DNA of 64,000 nucleotides from Escherichia coli (GTDB lineage Bacteria; Pseudomonadota; Gammaproteobacteria; Enterobacterales; Enterobacteriaceae), in NCBI RefSeq assembly GCF_013315695.1, contig NZ_CP054353.1; one strand, given 5' to 3'. Shown piece by piece: positions 24,079 through 34,134 of this stretch; positions within the stretch are counted from its first letter, which is position 1; the number at the start of each line of letters is the position of its first letter. Under the pieces are notes generated by a model, which did no database searches, was not told the DNA's origin, and was given only the letters and a program-made list of their open reading frames with translations. The position numbers were made by a program, and so were the translations under genes.

Positions 24079-24794
24079 TGCGTTTTTACCGGCCTTTGGG
24101 GCGCATCTCGGCGCTCACCTTTGACCTGGATGATACCCTTTACGATAACCGTCCGGTGATTTTGCGCACTGAGCGAGAGGCGCTTACCTTTGTGCAAAAT
24201 TATCATCCGGCGCTGCGCAGCTTCCAGAATGAAGATCTGCAACGCCTGCGCCAGGCGGTACGGGAAGCGGAACCCGAGATTTATCACGACGTGACGCGCT
24301 GGCGTTTTCGTTCGATTGAACAAGCCATGCTCGACGCCGGGCTGAGTGCCGAAGAAGCCAGTGCAGGCGCACACGCAGCAATGATCAACTTTGCCAAATG
24401 GCGCAGCCGAATCGATGTCCCGCAGCAAACCCACGACACCTTAAAACAGCTGGCGAAGAAATGGCCGCTGGTGGCGATCACCAACGGTAACGCCCAGCCG
24501 GAGCTGTTTGGTTTAGGGGATTATTTTGAGTTTGTGTTGCGCGCTGGCCCGCACGGGCGCTCAAAACCGTTCAGCGATATGTACTTCCTGGCGGCGGAAA
24601 AACTCAACGTGCCGATCGGCGAGATCTTACATGTCGGGGACGATCTCACCACTGACGTGGGTGGGGCAATTCGCAGCGGAATGCAGGCCTGTTGGATCAG
24701 ACCGGAAAATGGCGATCTGATGCATACCTGGGACAGCCGTTTACTCCCGCATCTGGAAATTTCCCGGTTGGCATCTCTGACCTCGCTGATATAA
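24078..24794 (+). CDS. yigB: HAD-family phosphatase
   Basis: 238 aa; HAD motif DLDDTL near N-terminus. Confidence 0.85.
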   Translation: MRFYRPLGRISALTFDLDDTLYDNRPVILRTEREALTFVQNYHPALRSFQNEDLQRLRQAVREAEPEIYHDVTRWRFRSIEQAMLDAGLSAEEASAGAHAAMINFAKWRSRIDVPQQTHDTLKQLAKKWPLVAITNGNAQPELFGLGDYFEFVLRAGPHGRSKPFSDMYFLAAEKLNVPIGEILHVGDDLTTDVGGAIRSGMQACWIRPENGDLMHTWDSRLLPHLEISRLASLTSLI

Positions 24795-24803
24795 TCAGCA
24801 AAT

Positions 24804-24819
24804 CTGTATATATACCCAG
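24804..24819. promoter_or_regulatory. LexA (SOS) box upstream of uvrD
   Basis: CTGTATATATACCCAG fits CTGT-N8-ACAG class, 58 bp upstream of uvrD ATG. Confidence 0.8.
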
Positions 24820-24877
24820 CTTTTTGGCGGAGGGCGTTGCGCTTCTCCGCCCAACCTATTTTTACGCGGCGGTGCCA

Positions 24878-27040
24878 ATGGACGTTTCTTACCTGCTCGA
24901 CAGCCTTAATGACAAACAGCGCGAAGCGGTGGCCGCGCCACGCAGCAACCTTCTGGTGCTGGCGGGCGCGGGCAGTGGTAAGACGCGCGTACTGGTGCAT
25001 CGTATCGCCTGGCTGATGAGCGTGGAAAACTGCTCGCCATACTCGATTATGGCGGTAACGTTTACCAACAAAGCGGCGGCGGAGATGCGTCATCGTATCG
25101 GGCAGCTGATGGGCACCAGCCAGGGCGGCATGTGGGTCGGCACCTTCCACGGGCTGGCGCACCGTCTGCTGCGTGCGCACCATATGGACGCCAATCTGCC
25201 GCAGGATTTTCAGATCCTCGACAGCGAGGACCAGCTACGCCTGCTCAAACGCCTAATCAAGGCGATGAACCTCGACGAGAAGCAGTGGCCGCCGCGCCAG
25301 GCAATGTGGTACATCAACAGCCAGAAAGATGAAGGCCTGCGTCCACATCATATTCAAAGCTACGGTAATCCGGTGGAGCAGACCTGGCAGAAGGTGTATC
25401 AGGCGTATCAGGAAGCGTGTGACCGCGCGGGCCTGGTGGACTTCGCCGAGCTGCTGCTACGTGCTCACGAGTTGTGGCTTAACAAACCGCATATCCTTCA
25501 GCACTATCGCGAACGGTTTACCAATATCCTGGTGGACGAATTCCAGGATACCAACAACATTCAGTATGCGTGGATCCGCCTGCTGGCGGGCGATACCGGC
25601 AAAGTGATGATCGTTGGCGATGACGATCAGTCAATCTACGGCTGGCGCGGAGCGCAGGTGGAGAATATTCAGCGTTTCCTCAATGATTTCCCCGGTGCTG
25701 AAACTATCCGTCTGGAGCAGAACTACCGCTCTACCAGCAATATTCTGAGCGCCGCGAACGCCCTGATTGAAAACAACAACGGGCGTTTGGGTAAAAAACT
25801 GTGGACCGATGGCGCGGATGGTGAGCCTATTTCCCTCTATTGCGCTTTTAACGAACTCGATGAAGCGCGTTTTGTGGTTAACCGTATCAAAACCTGGCAG
25901 GACAACGGCGGGGCGCTTGCCGAGTGCGCCATTCTCTACCGCAGCAACGCCCAGTCGCGTGTGCTGGAAGAAGCACTGTTACAGGCAAGTATGCCGTACC
26001 GTATTTACGGCGGGATGCGCTTCTTCGAACGCCAGGAAATCAAAGACGCGCTCTCGTATCTGCGCCTGATTGCCAACCGCAACGACGACGCGGCCTTTGA
26101 GCGTGTGGTTAATACGCCAACGCGGGGTATTGGTGACCGGACGCTGGACGTGGTACGTCAGACATCGCGTGATCGCCAGTTAACACTCTGGCAGGCATGT
26201 CGTGAACTGTTGCAGGAAAAAGCCCTCGCCGGACGTGCTGCCAGTGCCTTACAGCGGTTTATGGAACTGATCGACGCCTTAGCGCAGGAAACTGCCGATA
26301 TGCCGCTGCATGTACAGACTGACCGGGTAATTAAAGACTCCGGCTTGCGCACCATGTACGAGCAGGAGAAGGGCGAAAAAGGTCAGACGCGTATCGAAAA
26401 CCTGGAGGAACTGGTGACGGCAACGCGCCAGTTCAGCTACAACGAAGAAGACGAAGATTTAATGCCGCTGCAGGCATTCCTCTCCCATGCGGCGCTGGAA
26501 GCGGGCGAGGGGCAGGCGGATACCTGGCAGGACGCGGTGCAGTTGATGACGCTACACTCGGCGAAAGGCCTGGAGTTCCCGCAGGTGTTTATCGTTGGTA
26601 TGGAAGAGGGCATGTTCCCAAGCCAGATGTCGCTGGATGAAGGCGGACGTCTGGAAGAAGAACGCCGTCTGGCCTACGTTGGCGTAACCCGCGCGATGCA
26701 GAAACTGACGCTGACCTACGCGGAAACTCGCCGTCTGTATGGCAAAGAGGTTTACCATCGCCCGTCGCGCTTTATCGGTGAGTTGCCGGAAGAGTGTGTG
26801 GAAGAGGTGCGCCTGCGCGCTACGGTAAGCCGCCCGGTCAGCCATCAACGGATGGGTACGCCGATGGTCGAGAACGACAGCGGCTACAAGCTCGGCCAGC
26901 GCGTACGCCACGCTAAGTTTGGTGAAGGCACCATCGTCAATATGGAAGGCAGCGGCGAGCATAGCCGTTTGCAGGTGGCATTCCAGGGCCAGGGTATTAA
27001 ATGGCTGGTGGCGGCTTATGCCCGACTGGAGACGGTGTAA
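24878..27040 (+). CDS. uvrD: DNA helicase II
   Basis: 720 aa from MDVSYLLDSLNDKQREAV...; Walker A GAGSGKT. Confidence 0.95.
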   Translation: MDVSYLLDSLNDKQREAVAAPRSNLLVLAGAGSGKTRVLVHRIAWLMSVENCSPYSIMAVTFTNKAAAEMRHRIGQLMGTSQGGMWVGTFHGLAHRLLRAHHMDANLPQDFQILDSEDQLRLLKRLIKAMNLDEKQWPPRQAMWYINSQKDEGLRPHHIQSYGNPVEQTWQKVYQAYQEACDRAGLVDFAELLLRAHELWLNKPHILQHYRERFTNILVDEFQDTNNIQYAWIRLLAGDTGKVMIVGDDDQSIYGWRGAQVENIQRFLNDFPGAETIRLEQNYRSTSNILSAANALIENNNGRLGKKLWTDGADGEPISLYCAFNELDEARFVVNRIKTWQDNGGALAECAILYRSNAQSRVLEEALLQASMPYRIYGGMRFFERQEIKDALSYLRLIANRNDDAAFERVVNTPTRGIGDRTLDVVRQTSRDRQLTLWQACRELLQEKALAGRAASALQRFMELIDALAQETADMPLHVQTDRVIKDSGLRTMYEQEKGEKGQTRIENLEELVTATRQFSYNEEDEDLMPLQAFLSHAALEAGEGQADTWQDAVQLMTLHSAKGLEFPQVFIVGMEEGMFPSQMSLDEGGRLEEERRLAYVGVTRAMQKLTLTYAETRRLYGKEVYHRPSRFIGELPEECVEEVRLRATVSRPVSHQRMGTPMVENDSGYKLGQRVRHAKFGEGTIVNMEGSGEHSRLQVAFQGQGIKWLVAAYARLETV

Positions 27041-27059
27041 TTTACAACTCCGTTGCAGG

Positions 27060-27080
27060 ATGCGGTGCGCCACACCGCAT
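27060..27080. repeat. REP-like palindromic hairpin between convergent uvrD and downstream gene
   Basis: ATGCGGTG-CGCCA-CACCGCAT, 8-bp stem, no T-run. Confidence 0.35.
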
Positions 27081-27094
27081 TCGGCATCAGCACC

Positions 27095-27997
27095 TTACTT
27101 AGCGCACTTCTTCACATCAATATTCCAGTCAGCACCAGACGCAACCTGATGTTTCTGCGCAAAATTATCCATATTCAGCGCCACGGAAACATTCAATAAG
27201 CTGTTCAGATACACCATCGGCTGGCCTTCCGGCACATCGCCGAAGCTTGCGACATATGGCATTTTCCCTGCGTATTTTTGCTGGGAACCTTCGGAAATGG
27301 TCACACACAACGTGTCGTTGAGTTTGATTCCTGCCTGATTCAGCAACTCGTCGCTGATATTGCTCCAGACGTTGCCGTACTGAATATCGAGAATTGGGAT
27401 ATTGCCCTTCACTTCACCTTTTGTTGCTTTTGCTTTCTGATAAGAAAGTTCGACAACTTTTGCAGGAAGCTCTGGCCCCACCTGTTCGAACGTGATCACT
27501 CCGGAAGCCAGACGCGCACCGGTGTAGGCATATACATCGCGACCATGGAAGGTATATGACTTTTCAGAACCTTTCAGGCGGTTAGCTTTTTCGTCGATTT
27601 CCCGGACGCTATCAATACCCAGAGTTTGTGCCACCAAAGTGAGCGTACCGTTATCTGGTGAAACGAAGTATTGACCGTTTTTGGTTTTCAGCACTACCGA
27701 TTTACGGTCAGTGCCTACGCCCGGATCGACCACGCTAACCAACACCGAACCTTGCGGCCAGTAACTGGCAGTCTGATACAGGCGATAAGCGCCTTCCCAG
27801 ATGTTATACGGTGGAATTTCGTGTGTTAAATCAAAGATTTTAAGATTATGGTCAACGCCGAATGCGACCCCTTTCATCGCCGAGACGGCACCATCTTTCA
27901 GGCTAAAATCAGTTTGTAAAATCAAAGCGTTATCCGCATAGGCGGATGATGATCCCAGACACGTTAATAAAAATAACGTTGCGAGCGTTTTTTTCAT
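27095..27997 (-). CDS. DUF62 family protein (SAM hydroxide adenosyltransferase / SalL-FlA halogenase-like) with N-terminal signal peptide
   Basis: 300 aa; signal-like MKKTLATLFLLTCLGSSSAYA; family motifs LQTDFSLKDGAVSAMKGV, DLTHEIPPYNI, VVDPGVGT, SPDNG, FHGRDV, GNVWSNI; AAGGG RBS. Confidence 0.7.
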   Translation of the reverse strand: MKKTLATLFLLTCLGSSSAYADNALILQTDFSLKDGAVSAMKGVAFGVDHNLKIFDLTHEIPPYNIWEGAYRLYQTASYWPQGSVLVSVVDPGVGTDRKSVVLKTKNGQYFVSPDNGTLTLVAQTLGIDSVREIDEKANRLKGSEKSYTFHGRDVYAYTGARLASGVITFEQVGPELPAKVVELSYQKAKATKGEVKGNIPILDIQYGNVWSNISDELLNQAGIKLNDTLCVTISEGSQQKYAGKMPYVASFGDVPEGQPMVYLNSLLNVSVALNMDNFAQKHQVASGADWNIDVKKCAK

Positions 27998-28079
27998 TTT
28001 TGTTTCCCTTCATTTATCTGATGATTTTCCAGCTGTGTAGCCAGTCCCAGTTTGTCTGGCCTCCTCGAGTGTACAATGC

Positions 28080-28520
28080 TTAACCTTTCCGCTCGACGGA
28101 AATCATGGTGACAAAAGGATAGCGTTGCCACGGGATTGCCCCGCCTTTCATATACATATGTGAAATTGTGCCATCAAGATAAAGCAGCTGCTCAACGTTC
28201 AGTTTCGCTTTGGCATAGCAGGCAAAATCATAAAAATTTGTCGCCTGCTGGCTCAACAAAAACACGGCGTTCCCTTGTTTATTAATCCCTACACCGTTAC
28301 GAATTTTACGCGAGGCGACGTTGGGATGAATACGCGGATTAATTACACCGTTTTCCATCAACAATGGCCCTGACTGCACCGCAAACTGAATCTCTTTACT
28401 GGTTTTAAAGGCATCCAGACGAACGATGCCGACTTTATCTCCCGCGACATAAAACACGCCGCCAGGACGAATAAAGAAATTCCCTTCACCTGAAGCGAAA
28501 TTTAACGCCACCTTCTGCTG
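28080..28520 (-). pseudogene. yigE: yigE (DUF2233) C-terminal fragment, interrupted by IS4
   Basis: 143-codon ORF whose upstream end abuts the IS4 left end; continues the reading frame of the fragment on the other side of the IS. Confidence 0.8.
28509..28520. repeat. 12-bp target-site duplication (left copy) of IS4
   Basis: CACCTTCTGCTG immediately outside IS4 left IR; identical copy at 29947-29958. Confidence 0.85.
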
Positions 28521-29946
28521 TAATGCCAGTCAGTTAAGCAACTGACTGGCTCTTTTTCGGGGCTGTGGGGTATTTCCAGGGCCTCTCCTTTACCACTCTC
28601 GGGAAGGCCCTTTCCCTTCTTGTCGGTAATTTCACAAGTTGTCCCATACTTGCAAGATCGCGCATCAGCTCCGGTATACGTCCCGGTGAAGCGCCCTGCA
28701 ATGTCATCAGCATTCTCATCACCATTCCGCATGATTCTGAGAAACTCAGTTGATTCGGCCAGTAACCTTTCAGATGTTCCGCCATTTTAATCATCTGATA
28801 TCTCACCAGATTATAAGCCAGTAAGACACCCCACAGCTCTTGCTCCACAAGCTCCGGTTTTTTACTTCTCAGCGTCAGCCTGCTCAGTTGCATCGTCTGT
28901 TTTATCTCCCTGTATCCCAGTTCGATTTCCCAGCGATGACTGTACAGATCCGCCATTTCTCCTCCGGGGAAGCGCATGGCGTCCGTCATCGACGTCAGCA
29001 GATGGCAGACTTTTCCTTTGCGCGTCACGGTCAGCAGGCGGGCTGTCACTTCATTTCCCAGTCCCGGCCACTTTTTTCGTGCCTGCGGGCTGGTTTTCAG
29101 CTTCACCAGATGATCGCCTTTACCCAGTTTTCTGATCTCTTCATATTGCGCTCCCTTTCTGAGAGGTATCATCCAGTGGCGGTGTTCTCCCGCCAGGCTC
29201 CAGGCATTTAACAGTCCCAGTGAGTAATAACCTTTATCCATTAACGTCAGAGTGTTATCGCCGGTTTGTTCTATAAGTTGCTCAGCAAGCTCATTTTCGC
29301 TGTTCTTCATCGTGCCGAAGGCTGCAGCCGTCAGCAGATGGCTGGTCAGTTCCATCTGGCAGACCATTTTGACCTGCGGGTAGAGCGCCGGGTTCCCGGC
29401 ATGTGTCTGGCGGGGGAAGGCTGCATCGTTCTCTGGTGTATCCGGTGTGCGCCAGAACACACCATCGATGGCCAGCAGGGTCAGGCCGCACCAGTGCGGA
29501 TGCGGCGTGGCGTTATGCCAGAGCTGCGCTGTTTTCGTGAACACGCGGCGGACAGCCTCACTTCCCAGGCGCTGGCGGGCCTGAATAACGGCACTGGGGG
29601 CAACGAAGGGGCGATTGCCCGGCAGCATGATGTCCAGGCGATTCACAATCTGGTGAAGAGGTTCTTTACGCTCAAGCGCCATGCCAACAATACACCAGAC
29701 CATCATTTCGAGGGGAAGACGGCGCTTGCGTAGCGTTACAGTACCTGATTCGGCAAGGCAACGAGAGATGAGTTCGGGGTCGAGGTAATCCCCCAGAGAA
29801 GTCAGTGGGTTACGCAGAGAATCGTAACGGGATACCAGATCAAGAGCCTGTCCAATGTGCATAAAAAAATCCGGAAACAAGTGAGCGTTTCCGGATTCTT
29901 ACACAGCCACTGGATCGGTCAACTGATCCTTAACTGATCGGCATTA
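28521..29946 (-). mobile_element. IS4 insertion sequence (complete, 1426 bp)
   Basis: 18-bp terminal inverted repeats TAATGCCAGTCAGTTAAG / TAATGCCGATCAGTTAAG (16/18), single transposase ORF, flanked by 12-bp direct repeat. Confidence 0.9.
28534..29862 (-). CDS. insG: IS4 transposase (DDE)
   Basis: 442 aa from [20 protein letters not shown]...; matches my recollection of IS4 transposase. Confidence 0.9.
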   Translation of the reverse strand: MHIGQALDLVSRYDSLRNPLTSLGDYLDPELISRCLAESGTVTLRKRRLPLEMMVWCIVGMALERKEPLHQIVNRLDIMLPGNRPFVAPSAVIQARQRLGSEAVRRVFTKTAQLWHNATPHPHWCGLTLLAIDGVFWRTPDTPENDAAFPRQTHAGNPALYPQVKMVCQMELTSHLLTAAAFGTMKNSENELAEQLIEQTGDNTLTLMDKGYYSLGLLNAWSLAGEHRHWMIPLRKGAQYEEIRKLGKGDHLVKLKTSPQARKKWPGLGNEVTARLLTVTRKGKVCHLLTSMTDAMRFPGGEMADLYSHRWEIELGYREIKQTMQLSRLTLRSKKPELVEQELWGVLLAYNLVRYQMIKMAEHLKGYWPNQLSFSESCGMVMRMLMTLQGASPGRIPELMRDLASMGQLVKLPTRRERAFPRVVKERPWKYPTAPKKSQSVA

Positions 29947-29958
29947 CACCTTCTGCTG
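29947..29958. repeat. 12-bp target-site duplication (right copy) of IS4
   Basis: CACCTTCTGCTG immediately outside IS4 right IR. Confidence 0.85.
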
Positions 29959-30282
29959 ACCGTTTTCGATGTACAAACCGAGCGGCGCATAGCTTTCATC
30001 ATAGATGCCGCCGTTCATCGCCATCTGCACCTGACCCTGACTATTCATATCCGCCAGCAGAGCATGTAACGTTCCCCACGCTTCGCCATTGGCTTTTTGC
30101 CAGTACATTTTCACCCGCTCTGTTTGAGGATTAACGGTATACGCCTGTACGGTCAGCGTCGGATCTGAGAGTGCGCAATCTTCAGCGGCAACAGCAAACA
30201 AGGGAAGTAAGGTGAGGGTGAGAAAAATCCGTTTGAGATTCAAGGTGATCATTCCTTTACCAATGAGTAGCCGATGCGCCAT
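29947..30282 (-). pseudogene. yigE: yigE (DUF2233) N-terminal fragment, truncated by IS4 (stop codon supplied by IS end)
   Basis: 112-codon ORF MAHRLLIGKGMITLNLKRIFLTLTLLPLFAVA... ends at TAA formed by the terminal TTA of IS4. Confidence 0.8.
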
Positions 30283-30651
30283 TATAGGTCCTGGATGTGG
30301 GATTTTTTTATCCTGTTAGCGACCTTGACGAGTACCAAAAAGCGCGAAGTTCAACTATTGTTCTGTGGTGTTCTGTTGCGTGTTGACGGCAAAATTTTGC
30401 TGGCGTAACATGCGCGCACGATCACTCTAAGAGGACATTCGCCTTGGACACACCCAGTAGATACTGGCTCACTATCCTGTCATCCAGGATCAACTCCTAA
30501 GGCTATCCCTTTTTGCTGATAGCCTTAGCGGTTGTCAGCGACCTCAATTTTTCCCGTCGCGCTGAGTCAGGCTGTTTAATGGTCTGAAACCCAATTTGTT
30601 TCTGTGTGCCCACCGAACTGTCCGATATTTTAAGCATTGGGAGTCCCGGTC

Positions 30652-31602
30652 ATGCTGAGCGCATTTCAACTGGAAAATAACCGACTGACCCGGCTGGAAG
30701 TCGAAGAGTCACAACCCCTTGTAAATGCAGTATGGATTGATCTTGTCGAACCGGACGACGACGAGCGACTGCGCGTACAATCTGAACTTGGTCAGAGCCT
30801 GGCAACCCGCCCGGAACTGGAAGACATCGAAGCATCGGCACGTTTCTTTGAAGACGATGACGGCCTGCATATTCACTCCTTCTTCTTCTTTGAAGATGCG
30901 GAAGATCACGCCGGTAACTCCACTGTGGCATTTACCATCCGTGATGGTCGTCTGTTTACTTTGCGTGAGCGTGAACTGCCCGCTTTTCGTCTGTATCGTA
31001 TGCGTGCCCGTAGCCAGTCGATGGTAGACGGTAACGCCTACGAGCTGCTGTTGGATCTGTTCGAAACCAAAATCGAACAGCTGGCAGATGAAATTGAAAA
31101 TATCTATAGCGACTTGGAGCAGTTGAGCCGGGTGATTATGGAAGGGCATCAGGGCGATGAGTATGACGAAGCGCTCTCTACGCTGGCGGAACTGGAAGAT
31201 ATCGGCTGGAAAGTTCGCCTGTGTCTGATGGATACCCAGCGTGCGCTCAACTTCCTGGTACGCAAGGCGCGTTTACCGGGTGGGCAACTGGAGCAGGCGC
31301 GTGAAATCCTGCGAGATATCGAATCCCTGCTGCCGCATAACGAATCCCTGTTCCAGAAGGTGAACTTCCTGATGCAGGCGGCGATGGGCTTTATCAATAT
31401 CGAGCAGAACCGCATCATCAAAATCTTCTCGGTGGTATCCGTGGTGTTCCTGCCGCCAACGCTGGTTGCTTCCAGCTACGGGATGAACTTTGAGTTTATG
31501 CCAGAACTGAAGTGGAGTTTCGGCTACCCAGGCGCGATTATCTTTATGATCCTCGCGGGCCTGGCACCGTATCTGTACTTTAAGCGGAAGAACTGGTTGT
31601 AA
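30652..31602 (+). CDS. corA: magnesium/cobalt transporter CorA
   Basis: 316 aa from [15 protein letters not shown]...; GMN motif (YGMNF) before C-terminal TM helices. Confidence 0.95.
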   Translation: MLSAFQLENNRLTRLEVEESQPLVNAVWIDLVEPDDDERLRVQSELGQSLATRPELEDIEASARFFEDDDGLHIHSFFFFEDAEDHAGNSTVAFTIRDGRLFTLRERELPAFRLYRMRARSQSMVDGNAYELLLDLFETKIEQLADEIENIYSDLEQLSRVIMEGHQGDEYDEALSTLAELEDIGWKVRLCLMDTQRALNFLVRKARLPGGQLEQAREILRDIESLLPHNESLFQKVNFLMQAAMGFINIEQNRIIKIFSVVSVVFLPPTLVASSYGMNFEFMPELKWSFGYPGAIIFMILAGLAPYLYFKRKNWL

Positions 31603-31626
31603 CTTTACGATGTCGCTGTGAGTAAG

Positions 31627-32013
31627 TTAGTGTGCTGACAGCGACATTTTAGCCGAGGGAATCGCAGATAACATAATTGTTGTGAATAATATCCATGCTA
31701 CGTTGAGTTGGACGCTTAATGAATCACATCTCACCCCTTCAATTACTGCCGAGATAATAGAAAAAAGTGTCAAACCCAATGAAATCAATACAAAATAGAT
31801 TGCCTTACATCCAGTATCTCTTATTCTTTTAGCTCCGATATTGATATTCGCATACGTATTAGTGATGACCAGAATGAAACTCAAAGCCAGGTTGATATCA
31901 TTCAAAGTTATTAATATTGTCCATGATGTTAATGTGTAGATTATAAACTGCAAACGTGATAAATGCTCAAGCCTGGATGGGTATAATATATTTCTAATAG
32001 ATGATTTAAACAT
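31627..32013 (-). CDS. yigF: small inner membrane protein
   Basis: 128 aa hydrophobic ORF in AT-rich segment downstream of corA. Confidence 0.7.
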   Translation of the reverse strand: MFKSSIRNILYPSRLEHLSRLQFIIYTLTSWTILITLNDINLALSFILVITNTYANINIGAKRIRDTGCKAIYFVLISLGLTLFSIISAVIEGVRCDSLSVQLNVAWILFTTIMLSAIPSAKMSLSAH

Positions 32014-32200
32014 TTTTATATTGTTTTGTATATGATTGGTTTAAGTGTATATACATTATTTAGAACATATAGCTTGTTATATCCATGCAATATGACAGCC
32101 TTTGTATTGATAACTATACAGTAGTAATTTAGAGTGTGTAAGTTTTTATTGAGGGGAACTATATTTAATTAAATAATATTTGTTTCTATGAATAATATTT

Positions 32201-32518
32201 TTGGTGAATGTATTCTATATGGAAAATAGTAACTTTTGGCAGTTGTTCTTGGGTAAAGAACCTTACAGCAAAAAATCTGATTTTGTTAAGGCGTGGTTAT
32301 TGTGGTGGGCTATTACCATCCTTGTTCTATTTATTTTAAGCCTGACTACGACATTAAATTTAAGAAGTATAGGTATAGGGTTAAGTTTTGGGTTTTGTCA
32401 AATCCTTGGTAGATATACGATGTCTCTAGGATGGAGTAAGTACTGGGGAGTTTTGGGGGTATTTCCTGTAACAAATATTGTTCTTTTTCTTATCTTAATT
32501 TTTTTCAAAAAAAGATAA
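32201..32518 (+). CDS. yigG: small inner membrane protein
   Basis: 105-codon hydrophobic ORF in AT-rich segment; start uncertain. Confidence 0.6.
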   Translation: MVNVFYMENSNFWQLFLGKEPYSKKSDFVKAWLLWWAITILVLFILSLTTTLNLRSIGIGLSFGFCQILGRYTMSLGWSKYWGVLGVFPVTNIVLFLILIFFKKR

Positions 32519-32563
32519 ATAAGTCAGTGGGTAGGCTTTTAAACGGCCTACCCATGTTAATGC

Positions 32564-33451
32564 CTAACTTTTTCTACGCTGCGTATAAATCGCATCCATC
32601 ACAAAAATTGCCAGCGCCACCCAAATAAAGGCGAAGGTCACCATCTTATCGGCACCCGGTTTTTCACCATAAAACGTCACAGCCAGCAGGAACATCAGCG
32701 TCGGGCCAATGTACTGAAAAAAGCCTAACGTTGAGAGACGCAGGCGTGTCGCAGCCGCAGTAAAACACAACAGCGGTACTGTAGTGACAATCCCGGCGGC
32801 GATCAGCAGTAAATTCAGTGACATCGGGTTTTGCCCCATATGGCTGGTTGAGCTGTCGGCAATAGCAAACAGGTAAATCGCCGCCACGGGCAGCAACCAC
32901 ATAGTTTCGATTAACATGCCGGTTTGCGCTTCAACAGCAATCTTCTTGCGTACCAGGCCGTAGAAGGCAAAACTAAACGCCAGCCCCAGCGCGATAATCG
33001 GCAGTGAACCAAAAGTCCACAACTGAACCAACACGCCACATATCGCCAGAATCACCGCCAGCCATTGCATCCGGCGGAATCGCTCGCCGAGGAAAATCAT
33101 CCCCAGCACAATGTTCACCAGTGGGTTAATAAAGTAACCAAGGCTCGCTTCCAGCATATGGTGATTGTTCACCGCCCAGATAAACAGTAGCCAGTTGCCA
33201 CCAATCAGCACGGCAGAGACTGCCAGCATAAAAATTTTCTGTGGCGTCTGAATCAGCGTTTTTAAATAGGACCACTGGCGGCAAATGCTCATCAGCACCA
33301 CCATAAAGAAAAACGACCAGATCACGCGATGCGTCAGGATCTCATCGGCGGGCACGTAGTAAATCAGCTTGAAGTACGCTGGCGCAATACCCCAAATAAA
33401 ATAAGCGGCAAGAGCGAGTAATACGCCCTGCCGCGTTTGTTTTGCATCCAT
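32564..33451 (-). CDS. rarD: DMT-superfamily transporter RarD
   Basis: 295 aa, 10-TM EamA-type. Confidence 0.9.
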   Translation of the reverse strand: MDAKQTRQGVLLALAAYFIWGIAPAYFKLIYYVPADEILTHRVIWSFFFMVVLMSICRQWSYLKTLIQTPQKIFMLAVSAVLIGGNWLLFIWAVNNHHMLEASLGYFINPLVNIVLGMIFLGERFRRMQWLAVILAICGVLVQLWTFGSLPIIALGLAFSFAFYGLVRKKIAVEAQTGMLIETMWLLPVAAIYLFAIADSSTSHMGQNPMSLNLLLIAAGIVTTVPLLCFTAAATRLRLSTLGFFQYIGPTLMFLLAVTFYGEKPGADKMVTFAFIWVALAIFVMDAIYTQRRKS

Positions 33452-33502
33452 CGGGAATACTCATTTTTAATTGGTAACAGCAGTTTACCTGCTTTTATGT
33501 CT

Positions 33503-33970
33503 TCAACCTACCATATAGGTGGCGGTGGCACTGGCAATATAAAGCTGTTCTTCATTGTGTAATTCAACGCGGGCGACGGCGACTTTATTGCCTGCACGTA
33601 ACAGGCTACTGGTAGCAGTAAAACGCTCGCCTCTGCCTGGGCGCAGATAATCGACGCGAAGATCAATGGTCCCCATCCGCGATAGCCGCTGGCGTAGTTC
33701 ATCTTCACTGATGGTTTCGTGGCGGGTTAAGGTACTTCCCACGCACACCAGACCGGCGGCGACATCCAGCGCCGACGCAATGACCCCGCCGTGCAAAATG
33801 CTTTGCGCCCAGTTACCCACCATCATTGGCTGATTTTTAAAGGCCAGCTGTGCGAACTCTTTTTCGTAACGCTCCAGTTCCATCCCCAATGCGCGGTTAA
33901 ATGGCATGTGATAAACAAACATCTCACCCACTAATTTCAGGGCTTGTTCAGCGGTCAGTACGGCAGACAT
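33503..33970 (-). CDS. yigI: hotdog-fold acyl-CoA thioesterase
   Basis: 155 aa from [18 protein letters not shown]... Confidence 0.85.
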   Translation of the reverse strand: MSAVLTAEQALKLVGEMFVYHMPFNRALGMELERYEKEFAQLAFKNQPMMVGNWAQSILHGGVIASALDVAAGLVCVGSTLTRHETISEDELRQRLSRMGTIDLRVDYLRPGRGERFTATSSLLRAGNKVAVARVELHNEEQLYIASATATYMVG

Positions 33971-34134
33971 ATCATCCTTACACTTCATTGGTTAATGAAA
34001 TGTTGATTTTATGCTTCTTTGTTGTTGGTTTCTACTTTAGGAAGGGATAACTAACGGCTATGGAGTTAAGTATGTAAAATAGCCCGCAGAAAAATATTCA
34101 CCTTATCAATAATTCGTTACGGAGAACACGAGCG

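Noticed and set aside
30283-30651. Possible riboswitch or sRNA in the long corA leader
   Set aside because: Only a single modest hairpin (AAGGCTATC...GATAGCCTT) was seen; nothing that can be distinguished from an ordinary 5' UTR without covariance analysis.
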